From Heteronotia binoei (Eukaryota), in contig NC_083224.1 of NCBI RefSeq assembly GCF_032191835.1, positions 17,608,001 through 17,672,000 of the forward strand: a stretch of DNA of 64,000 nucleotides, in the 5' to 3' direction. This document shows, piece after piece, positions 63,597 through 64,000 of this stretch (position 1 is its first letter; the number at the start of each line of letters is the position of its first letter). The notes under the pieces are model-generated. The model had not been told where the DNA came from and ran no database searches. It saw nothing but the letters and a program-made list of their open reading frames with translations. The position numbers and the translations under genes were made by a program.

Positions 63597-64000
63597 TACT
63601 TTTCCCCCTTGTCTGAGTCCATTGTTTCAATTAATCCCACCTCTGGGATCACCTTTTCCAGGATGACCCTGGCAGTCACCGTTGCTGATGTTGACATTGT
63701 GGGAAATGCCAAGACCCACCCGGTGAGCTGGTCCGTTAAAACCAGGACATATTTTACCCTCCCCACTCTAGGCATCTCAATATAGTCCACTTGCACATGT
63801 TGAAAGGGCCTGACCGGCAAGCCTGCATCTTGACCTCAATAGGTAACATGTTTATTCGCCCTGGGTTGCTCGGGTCCGCCCATACTTTGGGGGAAATCTC
63901 CCCTTCCTTCTCTACTGTTAAGGCAGCTAGCCTAACCTCACATTTCCCCCCTTTTAATACCGATACCATCCCTATTTTATCCGCCAGATCCCTCCCCAAA
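63596..64000 (-). pseudogene. pol: ERV pol: protease end and RT start joined directly to the integrase core
   Basis: GRDLADKIG...ISPKVWADPSNPGRINMLPIEVK, then PVRPFQHVQVDYIEMP...DQLTGWVLAFP...DSDKG. Confidence 0.85.

Overview
Vertebrate genomic DNA. The repeat content (Sauria-type SINE, BovB-type RTE, CR1, L2, Penelope, hAT MITEs) suggests a squamate reptile, possibly a gecko; this is inference. The window holds a tandem, + strand cluster of SCAN-KRAB-C2H2 zinc-finger (ZKSCAN-like) genes. I built three gene models by hand from GT-AG splice sites, and each sums to a whole number of codons: gene 1 at 8793-27145 (about 856 aa, 17 intact fingers), gene 2 at 34901-43977 (about 838 aa, 16 fingers) and gene 3 at 52191-61277 (about 1274 aa, 30 fingers). 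A broken fourth copy sits at the left edge. The cluster is densely colonised by mobile DNA: a full-length L1 with both ORFs open and a 15-bp TSD inside gene 1, an internally deleted gamma-like ERV at the right edge, an internally inverted env fragment, CR1 copies with tandemly amplified 67-bp 3' ends, and Penelope remnants, one with an intact-looking minimal hammerhead ribozyme (33612-33652, minus strand). The most notable gene-structure observation is that coding exon 5 appears to be the 5' part of a duplicated terminal zinc-finger exon whose finger array became intron. No database searches were possible, so family names rest on motif recognition.
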